Shown in pieces: positions 33,348 through 48,089 of a stretch of DNA of 64,000 bases; the first letter of the stretch is position 1; each line of letters starts with the position of its first letter. The stretch covers positions 52,576,001-52,640,000 of the forward strand of contig OZ024751.1 of NCBI GenBank assembly GCA_964016885.1, in the 5' to 3' direction. The DNA comes from Eledone cirrhosa (Eukaryota). The position numbers and the translations under genes are program-made. The notes below the pieces were generated by a model that was not told the DNA's origin, made no database searches, and saw only the letters and a program-made list of their open reading frames with translations.

Positions 33348-35098
33348 GGGGATTCCTTTCTTTGTTTCTGTGCCTTTCCTTTCTTCTATCCTACGCCATT
33401 TTGTTTCTGTGTGTGTGTTGTGTGCTCAGTTTGCGCATGCGCCACATCCGGGTGTCTGTGTGTGTTTGTGTTCATTTATCTATTTGTTTATTTATTTATT
33501 GTTGGTTGGTTGTTTGTTCTATGTGTGTGTGTGTTTTCATTTTGTCCTTAATTGTAAGTTGTTTGTTCTATGTGTGTGTGTGTTTTCATTTTGTCCTGTG
33601 TGTGTTTTCATTTTGTCCTTAATTGTAAGTTGTGATGTTGCTGTTCCACTCATATTTTCTATTTAATTTTGGTTTTAATTCTTTTATGCTTACTGCCTCT
33701 GTAATTTGCCTAAACCCTTAAGGAACATATGTTCAAATTTAATGGTAAAACATATGCCCAAGAGGAAGGAGCAGCCATTGGTGTTAGCATTGCAGGCGAC
33801 ATAGCTAACTTATTCATGGTATGGTGGGACAGTAGACTTAAACAAAAACTTAATGAACAATTAGAAGACAGCTTAACCCTGATAATGTACTCCCGCTACG
33901 TAGATGATATAAACATCGTAGTTAAGACACCCCCACTAAAGAACAGTCAGGAACTAGAGAAAAACACAATGGAAAGCATGCAGCAAATAGCAAACTCCAT
34001 CCACCAGAGTATTAGAGTTACTATAGACTACCCAAGTAGACACCCCAACCATCGATTACCTGTACTAGACACAGAGCTCTGATTAGATACCATTAACAAC
34101 CAAAACAAAATCCTCCATTCCCATTATGCCAAACCCATGACTTCCAAACATCTGATCCACCGAAACTCGGCTGTTTCGGACCATACCAAAATCAACATAC
34201 TGATTGCGGATTTGGTACGGGTGATGAGAAATGTGTCCCGCATGTGCAACCCCGAAGAACTAGAGAGACACATACAACACTTCATCCACCGTATGCAGTT
34301 CTCTGGCTACAATCAGAGAGATAGAATCAGAGTGTATAGAGGAGCCAGAACCAAATGGGAAAAAATGGTAAATAATGACATAAATGGGACCTGCCCCTTG
34401 TATAGGAGCAAATTTTGGAATAGAATAGAAAGAACTAGGAACAAGGCCAATAGAATAAACTCATGGTATGATAGCAATAAATACCAGAGTGTAATGTTCA
34501 TCAATACAACCCCTAGAGGCGAACTAGCCTACAAATTTAGAAGGGCCCTAAATAAACATAAACTCAATATTAAGATAGTAGAAAGACCAGGTACCTCCGT
34601 AAAAACACTTATTAGCAAGACATACCCGTTCCAAAGACCCTCATGTATAGATAAGAAATGTATAACCTGTAAAATAAGCCCCCATATTAACTGTAAAACT
34701 AGAAATGTAGTGTATAGCATAAGATGTACTGAAGGACAATGTAGAAACAAAAATATAGTGTACATAGGTGAGACAGCTCGTAGTATAGGGGAACTAATAA
34801 ATGAACACTGGCGAGACCTCCAAGATAATAAAGAATCATCTGTGCTCTACCAACATGCTAAGATAGAACACAAGGGTAGATTAGAGAGCATAGAAATAAA
34901 AATAGAATCCACACACAGAAAAGACGCAATGTTTAGGCAAATTACAGAGGCAGTAAGCATAAAAGAATTAAAACCAAAATTAAATAGAAAATATGAGTGG
35001 AACAGCAACATCACAACTTACAATTAAGGACAAAATGAAAACACACACAGGACAAAATGAAAACACACACACACATAGAACAAACAACCAACCAACAA

Positions 35099-35133
<35 letters not shown>

Positions 35134-35269
35134 ATAGATAAATGAACACAAACACACACAGACACCCAGATGTGGCGCATGCGCAAACTGAGCACACAAC
35201 ACACACACAGAAACAAAATGGCGTAGGATTGAAGAAAGGAAAGGCACAGAAACAAAGAAAGGAATCCCC

Positions 35270-35314
35270 AGTCACTAAAGAGGTCACAGAGTGTGTGACG
35301 AAAGGACTATGACT
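35270..35314 (+). ncRNA. Hammerhead motif with core substitution (CTAAAGA, G5A)
   Basis: Same as the 33303 copy except G to A in the CUGANGA box. Confidence 0.75.
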
Positions 35315-35401
35315 ATATATAAACAACTATCCGGTTGTGGAACCAACCAACCAACTAGAAATTTCTAAGTTTGTAAATTTGTAAATTTGTAAATTTATAA
35401 A

Positions 35402-36313
35402 TCTATATATATAAAACTGTGGTTGTCTGTCTGTCTATCGATTTTTGGCACACATCTCCTTTTAGAATCTCTGACGGAATTGCACCGAAATTGCTATACT
35501 TGTACATTGAGCCCTAGCGAAGACATCGGGAAAAAAATATTTCAAATTGACCCACCCTATGTGACGAAATCGAATATAATGTATCGATTTTTGAGTGTAA
35601 GTTATCAGTTATTTCCCTTTGTTCTGTTTACATTGAGCGTCTTACGTAAAAAATTACGCTGGCTTTCTCAGCGTTTAAAATGACATTAACACAATACACG
35701 AACAGTTGTCGAGCCAGCAAAATATTGACCTGCAAAATTCATCAGTTCGAACACTAAGCTTCCGTTTTGCTTCATTTCCATTTAAAAGCATTTTAAAACA
35801 ATATTTTTACTTGAAAACAAGTCTATTTAAAGACTACGTAAAACAAGCAAATATTTCGTAAAAAAAAGCAAAAATTATATAAGTTTATTTAAAATATATG
35901 TATCTGTAAATTTCGTTAGGCGTGCAGACAGGCAGTCGTGCAGAGAGGTGATATAGGCGTGCAGACAGACAGTCGTGCAGAGAGGTGATATAGGCGTGCA
36001 GACAGACATAACTGATAATTTGGTTACGCTAATGTTTTTCTCTGCGTTGCAGTGTTTACATTTTCGATCTTTGTTAATAAATAACCAGTGCAGTTTTTAT
36101 CCACAGCATCCTCTTTTGTTATAACATTCGGGTTATCGTTATGTTTTCTTAACTTCATAAGGCATATTGTTGGTTGAGGGAATATTAATCAAAAACACCA
36201 CATGCAAGTCTGCACAGTAGACACTACAGTTTTTAAGCCAAAAAAGAAACTTAACATTGTAACTTTAACACAGCTACTGAGCGACCCCGAGCAACGCCGG
36301 GCTTTACTGCTTG
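35402..36313 (+). mobile_element. Non-autonomous Helitron
   Basis: Starts with TC, has subterminal hairpin CCCGAGCAACGCCGGG, ends CTTG (CTAG variant), inserted at A^T with no TSD. Removing it restores the sequence seen in the inverted repeat near 33200. Internal ~38-bp tandem repeat at 35917-36005. Confidence 0.88.
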
Positions 36314-36462
36314 TATATAATAAATTGAAGTGAAAGCAAGTGGTGCGTGTGTTTCTTATTGGCAACAAGACCCTCCCAAAGTATAACAATATCGGTTTCA
36401 ACACACGATTTCAGATAAAGAATCTTGCTAAACAAATTCAGAAACGAAATATAAATATATAT

Positions 36463-36716
<254 letters not shown>

Positions 36717-36948
36717 GTATGTATATATATATATGTATATATATATATATACATATATATGTAGATAAATCTACCAAGAGTTTACGGTAGTGTCCAATCC
36801 GTATGAAGAACTCAATGTATTCCGGATATCATGGAAAGAAGAGATGTAATGAAAAATCACTTTCGGTGAAAGATAAACGGTATACAGAGTCAAGATAAAA
36901 TATTAAACAAATAATGAATAAACAATTCCTTATATTAAACAAAAAAAG

Positions 36949-37102
36949 TTCATTATTTAACGATCGTTTCTAGGATATATATGTGTTAGAATTGGTATGC
37001 ATATTCAACAGATCTATGTACAATATTATACAAAATTATACAAATTATCAAGATTAAATATACATACCAACACATATATACGCCGTCTTCAGAAATAATG
37101 AA
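36949..37102 (-). ncRNA. Type-I hammerhead ribozyme with greatly extended stem II
   Basis: TTCATTATTT-CTGAAGA-[~115 nt self-complementary]-GAAA-CGATCG-TT-AAATAATGAA; perfect 10-bp stem I and palindromic stem III. Confidence 0.78.
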
Positions 37103-37767
37103 GTATATTTATTGATAATAACAACAATTCAAAATTTCAGGTCCGTTTGGGAACAAAATTGACCAATGAAAACACAAAGGGTTAAATGCAGTTCGGTGTG
37201 TGTATATACATGTAAAACCCTTACACATATTTTACAAAAATGTATGTATAATTTGCATACGCATACTAAAAGGATGGATGCAAATACAAAATTTCAAGGT
37301 TAATGTCTCTGTAAGTTTATAATGCACAGATAAGATGCGTATTGACACTTATGAAATTAAGTATATAAATATATTTTTTCATACTCACACATATCCGTAC
37401 AATCACACATACACGCGCGTATATGCATAAATATACACATAACCACGAATATACAAACACACACACACCCCCACTCACATTTATATATGTGGATATAAAA
37501 TCATAAGCACATGGATATTAATTCACTCACATAAAACACTGGCACACACATTTTTAGATCAAGATACAGAAATTAGGTGGGAGGGGGGGGGGGGAGAGGT
37601 CAGTATTCAACGGTCTGAGCAGACTGCCTAATATAGATGTATCTATAAACTAAGAAAATAAAAAATAATAAATAAATATTAACGAGGAAAGAATAGAAAG
37701 AAAACAGAAAAAAGAAAAAAGAAAAAAGAAATATATCAAGAAAATAAATATATATATATACATATAT

Positions 37768-37806
<39 letters not shown>

Positions 37807-37987
37807 TATATACATATAATATACATATATATACACATAGACACACACACACACATATATAAATATACACACATATACAAACACATACATACATATACAC
37901 ACATCCACACTAAGAACATACATACACACACATATATAAACATATACATATACACACATACATACATATACACACATACATACAAAT

Positions 37988-38046
<59 letters not shown>

Positions 38047-38364
38047 TATGTGTATATACACGTACATATACACACACATATACATATAATCACACATACT
38101 ATATAGACACAGATATATATAACCACACACATACATGCACATATACAACACTTACATACTAATATACATACAGATATACACATACATAGCTATATATACA
38201 CACAAATATATACAGACTTACATATATACATACAGACAAATACTTACGAATCTATATATCGGTATATACATACAAACACCACTACACTATCACACAACTT
38301 AGAAATACAAAGAGAAAGGTATATACCTATACACACATACATATACAAATAGAAAAACATATAG

Positions 38365-38395
<31 letters not shown>

Positions 38396-38677
38396 TATAC
38401 ATATACATATATATATATAACATATATATATATATACATATACACATACATATACACATACACACACATACACATATACACACATACATACATGTACACA
38501 CACATAGAAATATTTACGCATACACACATACACACATACATATAAAGTCATACACACACATACATCTACACGAACATACACATACACATATATAAAGATA
38601 TATATACACACACACACACACACAACACATACACACATACACATATATATAAAAAATAAATAATAAAGATATATACA

Positions 38678-38739
<62 letters not shown>

Positions 38740-39084
38740 CACATAAATATACATACACATACATACACATATACATAGACATACATGTACATACATACAC
38801 GTACATCGATATACATACATATATATATACACACATAGACATATACATACATACACACACAACTTACATACACATATATATATACGTGTATATTCATACA
38901 TAGAATTAGATATATAATCATACATACATATGCACTTACTTATACTCATATATACAAATACACATGCATCCATATATGCGTATATACATAAAAACACCAC
39001 TACAACCTCACCTAACTCAGACATACAGATAAAAATAATAATAAAAAGGCATATGTATATACATATATACACGCATTAATAGAG

Positions 39085-39141
<57 letters not shown>

Positions 39142-39399
39142 TACACACATACATTCATACATATATATATATATAGATACCCACACACTCATACCACCAT
39201 AAATACACATACAAACACCCACATATACATATATATACACACGTATATATATATATATATACACACACATAAAAAACAGACATGCACATATATATATATA
39301 TTTTTTTACACTTATATATACACATATTATATACACATACACAACCTCACATATACACACATACACATAAGTTATATTATAATAATAAAAAAAAAAAAA

Positions 39400-39460
<61 letters not shown>

Positions 39461-39524
39461 CATATAAACATATACATACATATATACACACATACGAATA
39501 TAGACATATATTCACACATAGACA

Positions 39525-39568
<44 letters not shown>

Positions 39569-41218
39569 TACATATACACAGACACATATACACACTCACA
39601 TATATATGTGTGTGCACACACACATATGTACACACATACACATATATACACATAAACACATATATGTGTATATATGCACACACACACACATATATCACAT
39701 AGATACGAAGATAGACATATAAATAGAGAGACATACATATATATACAACACACATACACACACATACATACACACACACATACATATACATATATATACA
39801 TATATATATATATTCTTATATATACACATATACATATATATACACATATATATATATATATACACATACACATATACATACACACATTCACATACACATA
39901 CATATATACATGCATATATATACACATATATACATACATACACACACTCATATATACACACACAATCTTACATTCATATTTGCATGCGCATATATGTATT
40001 TTTATATTTAGATATAAATACCCAAACCTATATAGACACCTACCTACATATATATTCATACATACACGCTTACAAATACAGATGATAATAGTATGGGGGA
40101 AAGGGGGGGTTTGGAGAAGGGGATCATAGTAAATATATGTTTCAAGAAACATAGAATATTTTCCGTATCTTTATCCAATGTATGTTTTTACATAGTTTCA
40201 GTGTTAGGAAATACAACAAACAAGAACTAAGGCAAAATCTATGCATCTCAAAATAAACAAGTATACCATTAATTATATGTTAACTAAACCAAAGATAGTT
40301 AACATATTGATTTCTAAGGTGTAAATTAGTTAGGTTTATAATATTTGAAGCGGAATTTTGAAGTTAAATAGTAGTAGAGTATTAATTATAGTATAACTAA
40401 ATTAAAGTTAATAACGTTATGGTATCAATATTAGGAAATGAATTTAGTAATAGGGAAAAAACAAATAAAATAAAGTATTACATCGGTAGTAGAATATAAA
40501 TTATAGGTTAACTAAATTAAAAATTATATATTTATTTCTATAGTATATGTTAATTAGGTATATAATACATAAAGCAGATATTGTATTTTATCAATAGCAT
40601 AATATAATTATATGCAAATAGAAATCAAAATTAATACATATACATATACATATACATACACATACATATATACATATATATACACATATATATATATATA
40701 CATATATACACATATACATACACACACACATACACATACACATATACATATACATATCTTTTTCAAAAAATTGCATAGAATATATTAACTAGGTATATAT
40801 CCAAAACACATCCCATTCTATGATTACATGACATTCTGCAATTCGTCTGTATAAGGATACTAATTTTAAGCAAATTAAAATTAAATTTTTAGGTTGATTA
40901 AAATTAAAACCAAATTATAAATATATTTCTAAAATGTATATTAATTAGGTCTATAATACTAAAAATTATTTCTCTGTCATTGGATACACGATATTATTTT
41001 GTTATATTTTATCTGTAAAAGAATTATAATAAAAGGTTTAAATAAATAAAAATTAATCTATAAATTAAATTACTAAGTATATATTAGTAATATTTAAAGG
41101 TTTTTCACAATTTATGATTACATAATATTTTATATTCTCATCTGTAATAAAATTTTAATTAAATTAAATTTATAGGTTAACTAACATTTAAATTAAATTA
41201 ATTTCTAAAATAATGTTA

Positions 41219-43660
41219 TTAATTAGGTTTATAATATTTAAATGTTTTTTTTAGTTTATGATTACACGATATAATTAATTCCTGTCGTTTATTTAATAAG
41301 ATATCCTTAGACTTCATTATTTCAAATAGTTCTTGGGAACATAATCTACATTCATTTCTATTATTTTGATAAGGGGTGGCTCTTTTGAGCACACTCCAGG
41401 TCAAATCATATTCTATATTCTTATTTTTATAACTATTGATTTTTTCTGCTAGAGATGTTGTATTAGCCAGTGCGGCATTTTTAAAACTATGCTTGTGGGT
41501 ATTAAACCTTGTCTTAAAATTGTTAGAGGTAGCTCCTATATATGAGCAAATAGAATCTTTAGTTTTAACATTACATTTATAGACTATGTTGTTAACAAGA
41601 CAATTCCCTTTTAATGGGCAGTTTGCTTTGTTTCTACAGTTACATCCTTTCGTTAATTCTGTATTTGAGGAGATATTATGGTTAATTTGATGTACTGGTG
41701 GTATACTTATGGTTTTCTTACATTTATATGCATTATATGCACTTATATTTTGTCTTATGTTATTTGTTGTAGAGTATGAGAATTTAACTGTAGACCTATT
41801 TAAGATTTGATGGTATTTGTGGTTTGGCGGGAAGTTTTTCTCAAGGATATAAAAAAATTTTTTAGCAATATTATCCTTAACTTGTAAATTAAAAGGAGCA
41901 TTATACCAAGTAACCCGTCTATTACGGTTTCTATGTTTTTTATTATTTTTATTATTTTTATAGGTTGTATCGTGATTTTTACTAGGAGGATTAATGTTAA
42001 TGATCTCACCACAACCATTTTTAGTTATATTTGTAGATTTAGGTGTTTTATCTTTTTTATTAGGAGTTTTATTATTAACATTTATTAGAGTTGTATGATG
42101 AGTAGTTTTTTGAGAGTTACTATATTTTATATTAGAAGATTTGGTATTTTGGGGTATAGTGTGGGTGGCATTTAGGTGTGTACTTTTCATTTGGTGTTTG
42201 TTGGTAATATTATGTTGTATGCTTTCAGTATTTTTAGTAGAAGGTATATACTCTAATCTATTTTTGTGGCCACTTCTATCTAGAGCTTGGTTATAGAAGG
42301 TCGCATTTTTATCAAATACATCTTGGTTAGAAGAAAGGTTAGAAATTCTAAGTGATATATTATATGCAAGGTTTTTAAGGATAGATTTAGGGTGATTAGA
42401 TTGTGAGTGTATGTAATGTAAGTTTTGGTTAGGTTTATGGTAAGGTTGGTAGATACCCGTAGCTAAATCTAAAGTTATATCTAGGAAATTTACTAGTTTA
42501 CTTGTTTTTTCAAAAGTAATATTAAGATTATAATAGTCTTTAAGGAAAGTTCTAATATGTTTTTTGTTTTTTTCAATTTCTGAAAGGCTAAGGTTGTTAG
42601 AAAGAAGAAGACAGTCATCACGATATAAACCACCTTTGAGGTGGGGAAAAGAGGCATTTATGTTGAAAAGGAGAAAGAGGCCCACAAGATCAGTAATTTG
42701 GGCGGAATCGCTTGAACCCATAGTAATATCGAAAAGATTACTATATGTGTTTCTGGTCCAGTATTCATTCTGAAATTCAATAAGTGTTAGTCTAGCATGT
42801 GTAATAATATTAATGTCATCCAAAGTTAAGTTAGATCTATTTTTAGCAAATATCAATGCTTTGTTCAGGAGTATAGGTGATATAGAAGAATAGTAATTAT
42901 CTATATCAAATTGTAGGAAAGAAGCAGAAGATTTACACCTAATATTTTTAAACCAGTTAATTACCTGGGAGGTGTTTTCCCAGAGTGGTAAAATAACGTG
43001 TTTTCTTATTTGTGGGATGACTCTATCTAAAATTTTTTTGCTAATTATTCCAATATCTGATTTGGAGGGACATATAAGTCTAATAGAAGGATTTGAGTTA
43101 AAGTTAGATTTGTGATCTTTCAGGTTGAAGTGTGGTCTTTTCAATGCCAAAGGTTCAGTTCTATCTTCAATGTTTAGTTTTTTTACTATGTTGTGTGTTT
43201 TGTTGTTGATGTTGGTGAGTGACACATTATTAGATTTTTTATAATTTTTTCTGAGTTCTTTATATATGAACTCGTTATAATGTTCAATATCCATATGATA
43301 CAAGTTACCAGTTTTGTCCGAGTGGACATGGATTTTTTTAGACTTTTTTAGGTCCAATAGGGTAGAATCAAGGTCCTTTTGAAAGACGGATTTATACTTT
43401 TTAAATTTGAGGTGTTTAATTAAATTAAAAAGGTCTTTCTCGAAGTCTTCAAGTAAGAAGTTGTGTGGTGGATTCTTGTAAGTATTGAAATCATACATAT
43501 ATTTCCGATCTGCTTGTATAGATTTTCTATCGAAGTGGTAGGCTCTCCATCTAACCCTTCTGATAAAATTATTAGTTTTCTGAATCATAAGGAGTAAGAA
43601 GTCATCCTTAGAAGGTATTGGTATGTTTTTTAAGGAGGTTCCTAAATATTGTTTTTCCAT
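41219..43660 (-). CDS. PLE polyprotein: reverse transcriptase + GIY-YIG endonuclease (~813 aa from the first ATG)
   Basis: Uninterrupted ORF starting MEKQYLGTSLKNIPIP; HSDKTGN, FDIDNYYSSI, MGSSDSAQ, LYRDD, NFLDI, SNHP thumb, CNCRNKANCPLKGNC, IVYKC..YIGAT..FKTRFNTH, CRLC..LLNKRQE..CNHK. Confidence 0.93.
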   Translation of the reverse strand: MEKQYLGTSLKNIPIPSKDDFLLLMIQKTNNFIRRVRWRAYHFDRKSIQADRKYMYDFNTYKNPPHNFLLEDFEKDLFNLIKHLKFKKYKSVFQKDLDSTLLDLKKSKKIHVHSDKTGNLYHMDIEHYNEFIYKELRKNYKKSNNVSLTNINNKTHNIVKKLNIEDRTEPLALKRPHFNLKDHKSNFNSNPSIRLICPSKSDIGIISKKILDRVIPQIRKHVILPLWENTSQVINWFKNIRCKSSASFLQFDIDNYYSSISPILLNKALIFAKNRSNLTLDDINIITHARLTLIEFQNEYWTRNTYSNLFDITMGSSDSAQITDLVGLFLLFNINASFPHLKGGLYRDDCLLLSNNLSLSEIEKNKKHIRTFLKDYYNLNITFEKTSKLVNFLDITLDLATGIYQPYHKPNQNLHYIHSQSNHPKSILKNLAYNISLRISNLSSNQDVFDKNATFYNQALDRSGHKNRLEYIPSTKNTESIQHNITNKHQMKSTHLNATHTIPQNTKSSNIKYSNSQKTTHHTTLINVNNKTPNKKDKTPKSTNITKNGCGEIININPPSKNHDTTYKNNKNNKKHRNRNRRVTWYNAPFNLQVKDNIAKKFFYILEKNFPPNHKYHQILNRSTVKFSYSTTNNIRQNISAYNAYKCKKTISIPPVHQINHNISSNTELTKGCNCRNKANCPLKGNCLVNNIVYKCNVKTKDSICSYIGATSNNFKTRFNTHKHSFKNAALANTTSLAEKINSYKNKNIEYDLTWSVLKRATPYQNNRNECRLCSQELFEIMKSKDILLNKRQELIISCNHKLKKTFKYYKPN

Positions 43661-43951
43661 TGTGATATGGATGATGGACAATTGAAAGAGCTCAACTAAA
43701 TGTATATGGGTTTACAAAATCATACATATATATATGTATATACATAAATATAAAATTAATACACACATACAGTACAAAAATACGAATATTTCCGTGAAAA
43801 TAGGAGCAAAATTATGTAGATAAATCTACCAAGAGTTTACGGTAGTGTCCAATCCGTATGAAGAACTCAATGTATTCCGGATATCATGGAAAGAAGAGAT
43901 GTAATGAAAAATCACTTTCGGTGAAAGATAAACGGTATACAGAGTCAAGAT

Positions 43952-44973
<1,022 letters not shown>

Positions 44974-45049
44974 TTACTCTTCTACTCTTTTACCTGTTTC
45001 AGCCATCCGGCTGAGGCCATGCTGGGGCACCGCCCTTGTTGCTACACAT

Positions 45050-48000
45050 TTTATCTCCAGCCTGTATAGGTTGGCCACTGGTGTAGGAGGGAGTTTGTTG
45101 CTGCTGCCCTTAGGTTTCCCTCGTGTCTTGCTGTGGGCTCATCCGGGATCCTGGATAACAAGGTGTCGAGATGTTCTTAAAGACATCCACCTCCACGTCA
45201 TGCAAGTCTCGCAGATGCCTCGGCAGCCTGTTGAAGAGTTGAGGGCCCTTGAATCCCAGGCTATTGCAATACCTGCTCCTTATTCTAGATGTGGAAGACG
45301 GGACCTTTGCACCACACAGTGACGTCCTGTTCGACGGTTGGTCCAGCTCCCAATGCCAAAGTTTGGTGCTAGTCCCTCCAGGATTTTCCACATGTAGATC
45401 ACTGCGTATCTCTCCCGTCTTCACTCCAAGGAGTAGAGGTTCAGTTCCTTTAGCCTCTCCCAGTAGCTTGTCTCCCTCATCTTGGCAATCCTCTTGGTGT
45501 AGCTCTCTGGATTGCCTCAAGCTCCGTGATTAGTTTGACACTATGGGGTGACCACAGCTGGGAGCAGTAGTCCAGGCGGCTTAGGACAAATGTCCTCCAC
45601 AGTGTCAACATGGTGTCTCGATCTCTTGTAAGGAAAGTCCTGAAGATCCAGCCAGCGAATCGTCTACATGTTGTCGCCACCTTCATGATGTGTGAAGAAA
45701 AAGATGCATCATCGCTCATGTCTATGCCCAGGTCTCATATCGATTTTGACACGGGGATATCGGTCCCTCCTGGTCCTGTGTAGCTGTGTTCCGCTATATT
45801 TGTGTTTGTATTTGCAGGTTTGTATTGTAGGGCTTGGAATTTGCCAGCATTAAACTGCATGTTGTTTTCTTCCACCCATCTGTATATGGCATCCAGATCC
45901 TGCTGTAAGAGGGCAGCGTCAGCCGGGTTTTTGATTGCCTGTGCTACCTTAGTGTCATCAGCATCGCTAGTGAGGGATGTTGTTGCATGCACCACAGAGG
46001 GCATGTCCGAGAGAGCCACCAAAAACAGGAGTGGTCCCAGGACTGTCCCCTGGGGCACCCCACTTGTTATCGGTGTTTCCCTCGAGAGGGCCCCATTTGC
46101 TGCGACTTCCTGGCTTCTGTCCCTTAGGAAGCCATGCAGCCACTCACCTACTTTTCCAGTTATGCCGAGTCCGTGTAGTTTGTGACATATCATTCCGTGG
46201 TCGACCTTGTCAAAGGCCTTCGCAAAGTCAAGATATATCACGTCTACATGTGAGCTGTCTAGTAGTTGTCTCAGTACCCAGTCGTAGTGATGTAGCAGCT
46301 GTGTGAGGCAGCTTCTTCCTGGGCGGAAGCCATGTTGCGTGCTAGTCAGGCGGTCATTTTCTTCGAGGAAAGTGATTAGTTTCTTTCTGACGACTCGCTC
46401 CATGACCTTACTGATATGCGACGTCAGGGAGACTGGCCTATAGTTCTTGGCCTCCGCTCTACTACCTCCTTTATGGATAGGGCATATTGTGCCTTCTTTC
46501 AGCTCCCTGGGTAGTACACCGCTAGCCAAGGAGCTTCTGAAGAGCTTCTTCAGTGGAGTTGCTAAGTCCCGCTTACATATTTTTAGGAGAACTGCTGGGA
46601 ATCCATCAGGTCCAGCAGCCGAGTCTGTTCTAATTTCATCAATGGCGTATACCACATCCTCCTCCGTTATGTCTATGTGGTTGATGGTTGCCATTTTTTG
46701 ATGTAGTGTTGTGGCATCAAATAACTCCTCTGGCTTCGTTATTTGCATGTGCCTCAGTGGACATGTGAAGACACTTTTGTACTGTTCGTTCAGTATTTCA
46801 CATATCTCTTGGGGATTTTCGGTTAATGAACCGTCCGTGTGGAAGAGTGGTCCAATCTTGCAGTGTACTGAGGAAGTTTCTTTTGCAAATTTAAAGAAGG
46901 CCTTAGGGTTTGTTTTAATGTTTTCTATGGCCCTGTTCTCTTTCTTTGCCCTCTCATTCTCATGTGAAAGTTTGAGTGCAATCTCGGTGTCAAGTAGTGC
47001 ACGTTTTAAATAGGATTCCTTCTTGTTTTGGTTTTGTTGACTATTCAACTGGTTTGAGAGTTTAGTTCTACGTCTCATAAAGATTTTCCTATCTCTGGGA
47101 ATAAGATTTTTGTATCTGTTTGCCTCTTTCTCCGGGACACACTTTTTGCATATGGTGTGTATCGTTGTCATGAAGTGTTGAAATTGTGTGTTAGTGTCTT
47201 GTGTGGCGATGTTTTCACTCCATGTTTGCTTCCGGATTTCACTCTTAATCTTTTTCCAGTTAGCCTTGTAGAAGTTAAGGTTGGATAGCGTCCCGGAGCT
47301 TCTTGGTGGTTTTGTCTCTGTTGGTTCTATTGGACCACATATCATTAGCTCTACTAAGTTATGATCCGAGAGAATTGTTGGTGTCACCTTTACATTGTGG
47401 ATGAGCACTTCGTTGTTTGTAAAACAGAGGTCCAGGACATTTTCGCCTCTTGTTGGGAGGAGTATTGCTTGCTCCATGAACAGCCTGTGTGTGAGGGCCA
47501 GCAGGGATTCCGCCTGTCTCTGTTCTATTGACGTCATTCCAGGGAGGAGGTGGCCCTCAGGCCATTTGACCTTTGGTAAGTTGAAGTCTCCCAGCAGTAG
47601 GATGTTGAGACCCTGGTCCAGTTTGTCAAGGACCTCTTCTATCCTACTTAGGCTATCCTCAAATTTACCCTCATGACTGGGGGCATCGGGCGGCCGATAT
47701 GTGACACATATTACCGTCTGTAGTTGCTTCATATGTATTATCAGTGTGTCACAGACTGAGTTTGAATGTGTCAACAGTACAATTGGTGTGACATCTTCAC
47801 GGATATACAGAGCAACCCCACCATGAGTTCTCTCCTTCCTGTCCGAACGAAATACAGTATATTTCGGTATATGTATTTCTGCATCTGCTATACTGCTTGT
47901 CAGGTGCGTTTCGGTTAGTACCATGCATAGTGCTTGATTGCTTATGGCTAAGTCTCCCAGGTAGGAAATTTTACTCATGTTGCTGAGTTTCACCAGGCCC

Positions 48001-48089
48001 CTGACATTCAGCAGCAGCACTGGTGTGACTTTTGGGGTGCCAGTAATGGCTGTCGGTATGACACCTGGTCTGGTGTCAGCGGCGGCCAC
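45050..48089 (-). pseudogene. ORF2 (APE + RT) of the CR1-group LINE
   Basis: NVRGL, LTETHL, GGVALYI, YRPP, GDFNLP, SDH, AAGPDG, NYRPVSLTS, QHGFR, YLDFAKAFDKVDH, SGVPQGTVLGP; catalytic YADD reads DADD; continues frameshifted in 45477-45719 (LDYCSQLWSP). Confidence 0.92.

Larger units (their letters stand above)
33138..36450 (+). mobile_element. 5'-truncated Penelope-like element (type 2, Neptune-like) with inverted 5' terminal repeat
   Basis: Inverted repeat 33138-33712; ORF remnant 33715-35027 (RYVDD, premature TGA at 34080, CIDKKCITC linker, VVYSI..YIGET GIY-YIG); direct terminal repeat 35028-36450 split by a Helitron. Close relative of 56388-59066. Confidence 0.93.
36761..43950 (-). mobile_element. 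Apparently full-length Penelope-like element (type 1) with ~135-bp terminal direct repeats and ~4.4-kb 3' region
   Basis: 36761-36897 and 43816-43951 are identical by eye; uninterrupted RT/GIY-YIG ORF; HHR just inside the 3' end; both flanks are (TA)n. Confidence 0.88.

Noticed and set aside
34080-34082. In-frame TGA as possible selenocysteine (as in Naiad PLEs)
   Set aside because: The paralog at 56.8-59 kb has TGG (Trp) here, so this is a nonsense mutation; the domain order is RT-EN, not Naiad-like.
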